From Candidatus Binatia bacterium (GTDB lineage: Bacteria > Desulfobacterota > Binatia > UBA9968 > CAXXLF01), in NCBI GenBank assembly GCA_963664015.2, contig CAXXLF010000002.1:2144001-2208000 (forward strand): 64,000 nt of DNA, written 5' to 3'. Below, in pieces: positions 62,768 to 64,000 of the stretch. The first letter of the stretch is position 1. The number at the start of each line of letters is the position of its first letter. A program made the translations under genes and the position numbers. A model generated the notes under the pieces. That model was not told the DNA's origin. It did not search any database and saw nothing but the letters and a program-made list of their open reading frames with translations.

Positions 62768-63886
62768 CTATTTGCTATTTTGAGAGTTTTTGATTGCCTT
62801 ATTGCGGGGAGCAGAGGGCTTGGTGGGGCTGCCGTTTCTGTTTTTATCGTTCACAAGAGGCTGGGCGCGGACTCCTGCCTTGTCCAATGCCTGAAGGATG
62901 TCCGCCTCGATCTTCTGTAACATCCCTACTCGTTGCCGCCGCGAGACCTTGACTCTACCGCCGGCGATCATACCATGTCCCCCTGCGGAACCCGACGGGA
63001 GCAGCGAGTCGAGGAGGCGTCCGGCTTGTGCCTCCGGATCCCTTGTGCGCATGGACACATAAATAAAATCATCGTGGGGGGCTAAGCACACGGACCACGT
63101 TGCAGTCTCCAGCCGCATCAGATAGTCGGCTACTTCGGCGACGGCGTCCGGATAGGGAGTCGAGTCCAGAACGGTAACGACTGTGTCACCGTATTGGAGT
63201 GCACTGTTTAACGCCTGAGCAATGACGCGATAGTAGGTCGGGGTGAGCTGGGGAGTCTGGATGTCGCCGAGGAGGCGTTTGTTCACGTAGGGATAAAGGA
63301 ATTGACTGGCGACGATGTCGTGGGGCCTGGTCTCCCGTCCCAAATGCTGGGTCTCCGAAGAGATGCCGTAGAACAGGGCCGTGGCGATGCGCGGGTCAAG
63401 AGGGACCTCCGCATGCTGGAGATATTCGGTGACGATGGTGGATGTGGCCCCATAACTTTCCCGAATATCTACGAAGGTCACGTCTCCGTTCTTACCCCAA
63501 TCCGGATGATGGTCGATAATGGCGGTTGGTGTGATCTCGGCTGGAAGCGCATTATTCCCCCGTTGCGGCTGGGAATCCACTAGAACGACGGATCCCGAAA
63601 AGTTGGGGAGGAGTTCACTCACCGGTACGAGGGGAATTCCCAGGATGGTCACCAGGGAACGGTTCTCCGACCGGCCGATGATACCGCTTAACCCGATCAC
63701 GGCGATCTTGCCGAGATTGTGGCGGATTAAAAACCGTAGTGCAGCAGCACTGGCGAGGGAATCGGGATCTGGGTTGTCATGGGGAAGTATGAGAATTTTC
63801 TTCGAAGATTGGAGAACAGAAAGAAATTCTCTTACCCCACCCCCTATCTCTGGCGGTGCCGGGCTCTTTTCCGTAGGATCTTTCAA
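62768..63886 (-). CDS. DHH family phosphoesterase
   Basis: HDNPDPDS, VDSQP, IIDHH, GATST, AGGHG. Confidence 0.9.
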   Translation of the reverse strand: MKDPTEKSPAPPEIGGGVREFLSVLQSSKKILILPHDNPDPDSLASAAALRFLIRHNLGKIAVIGLSGIIGRSENRSLVTILGIPLVPVSELLPNFSGSVVLVDSQPQRGNNALPAEITPTAIIDHHPDWGKNGDVTFVDIRESYGATSTIVTEYLQHAEVPLDPRIATALFYGISSETQHLGRETRPHDIVASQFLYPYVNKRLLGDIQTPQLTPTYYRVIAQALNSALQYGDTVVTVLDSTPYPDAVAEVADYLMRLETATWSVCLAPHDDFIYVSMRTRDPEAQAGRLLDSLLPSGSAGGHGMIAGGRVKVSRRQRVGMLQKIEADILQALDKAGVRAQPLVNDKNRNGSPTKPSAPRNKAIKNSQNSK

Positions 63887-64000
63887 TCAACAGCCTTTTC
63901 GTGAATATTATTGGTTTGATCGCAGACGCCGGGCTAACCTTATTGCAGAACCTGTTCCTTAATGTTTGGTTCAGTGGGGCCTGGGGGAGGTGGGGTCCCG

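Overview
Bacterial chromosomal window, most likely from an uncultured deltaproteobacteria-like lineage. The gene repertoire resembles Ca. Binatia/Binatota; this is inference, with no marker-gene check. Four blocks. (1) 1-20 kb: accessory aromatic/heterocycle-catabolism-type genes (orphan ferritin-like diiron protein, divergent ornithine-cyclodeaminase/mu-crystallin protein, two amidohydrolase_2 proteins, two cupins, two Rieske oxygenases, isochorismatase-family, LLM, VOC, GST, TAXI, MFS, desaturase). (2) 21-35 kb: housekeeping genes (queD/queE, radC, moaC, trxB, rpmE-prfA-prmC-murA-hisD-hisB-hisH-hisA, an inserted segment, hisF). (3) 35-48.5 kb: ion/osmotic homeostasis genes (TM-helix channel, MgtE, DedA/TVP38, SLC12-type cation-chloride cotransporter, CNNM, HtpX, MscS) plus pyk. 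(4) 48.5-64 kb: sugar/glycogen cluster (gntK, cyclase, glk, glgP, pgm, tkt, rpiB, fbaB, glgE), an SLC13 permease and a DHH phosphoesterase. About 17 loci carry nonsense codons, frameshifts or deletions while core genes are intact. Several intergenic regions hold highly structured palindromic elements; the most striking (1184-1273) is two perfect 13-bp hairpins with different stems and exactly complementary 8-nt loops. No rRNA, intact tRNA, CRISPR array, transposase or integrase was seen.
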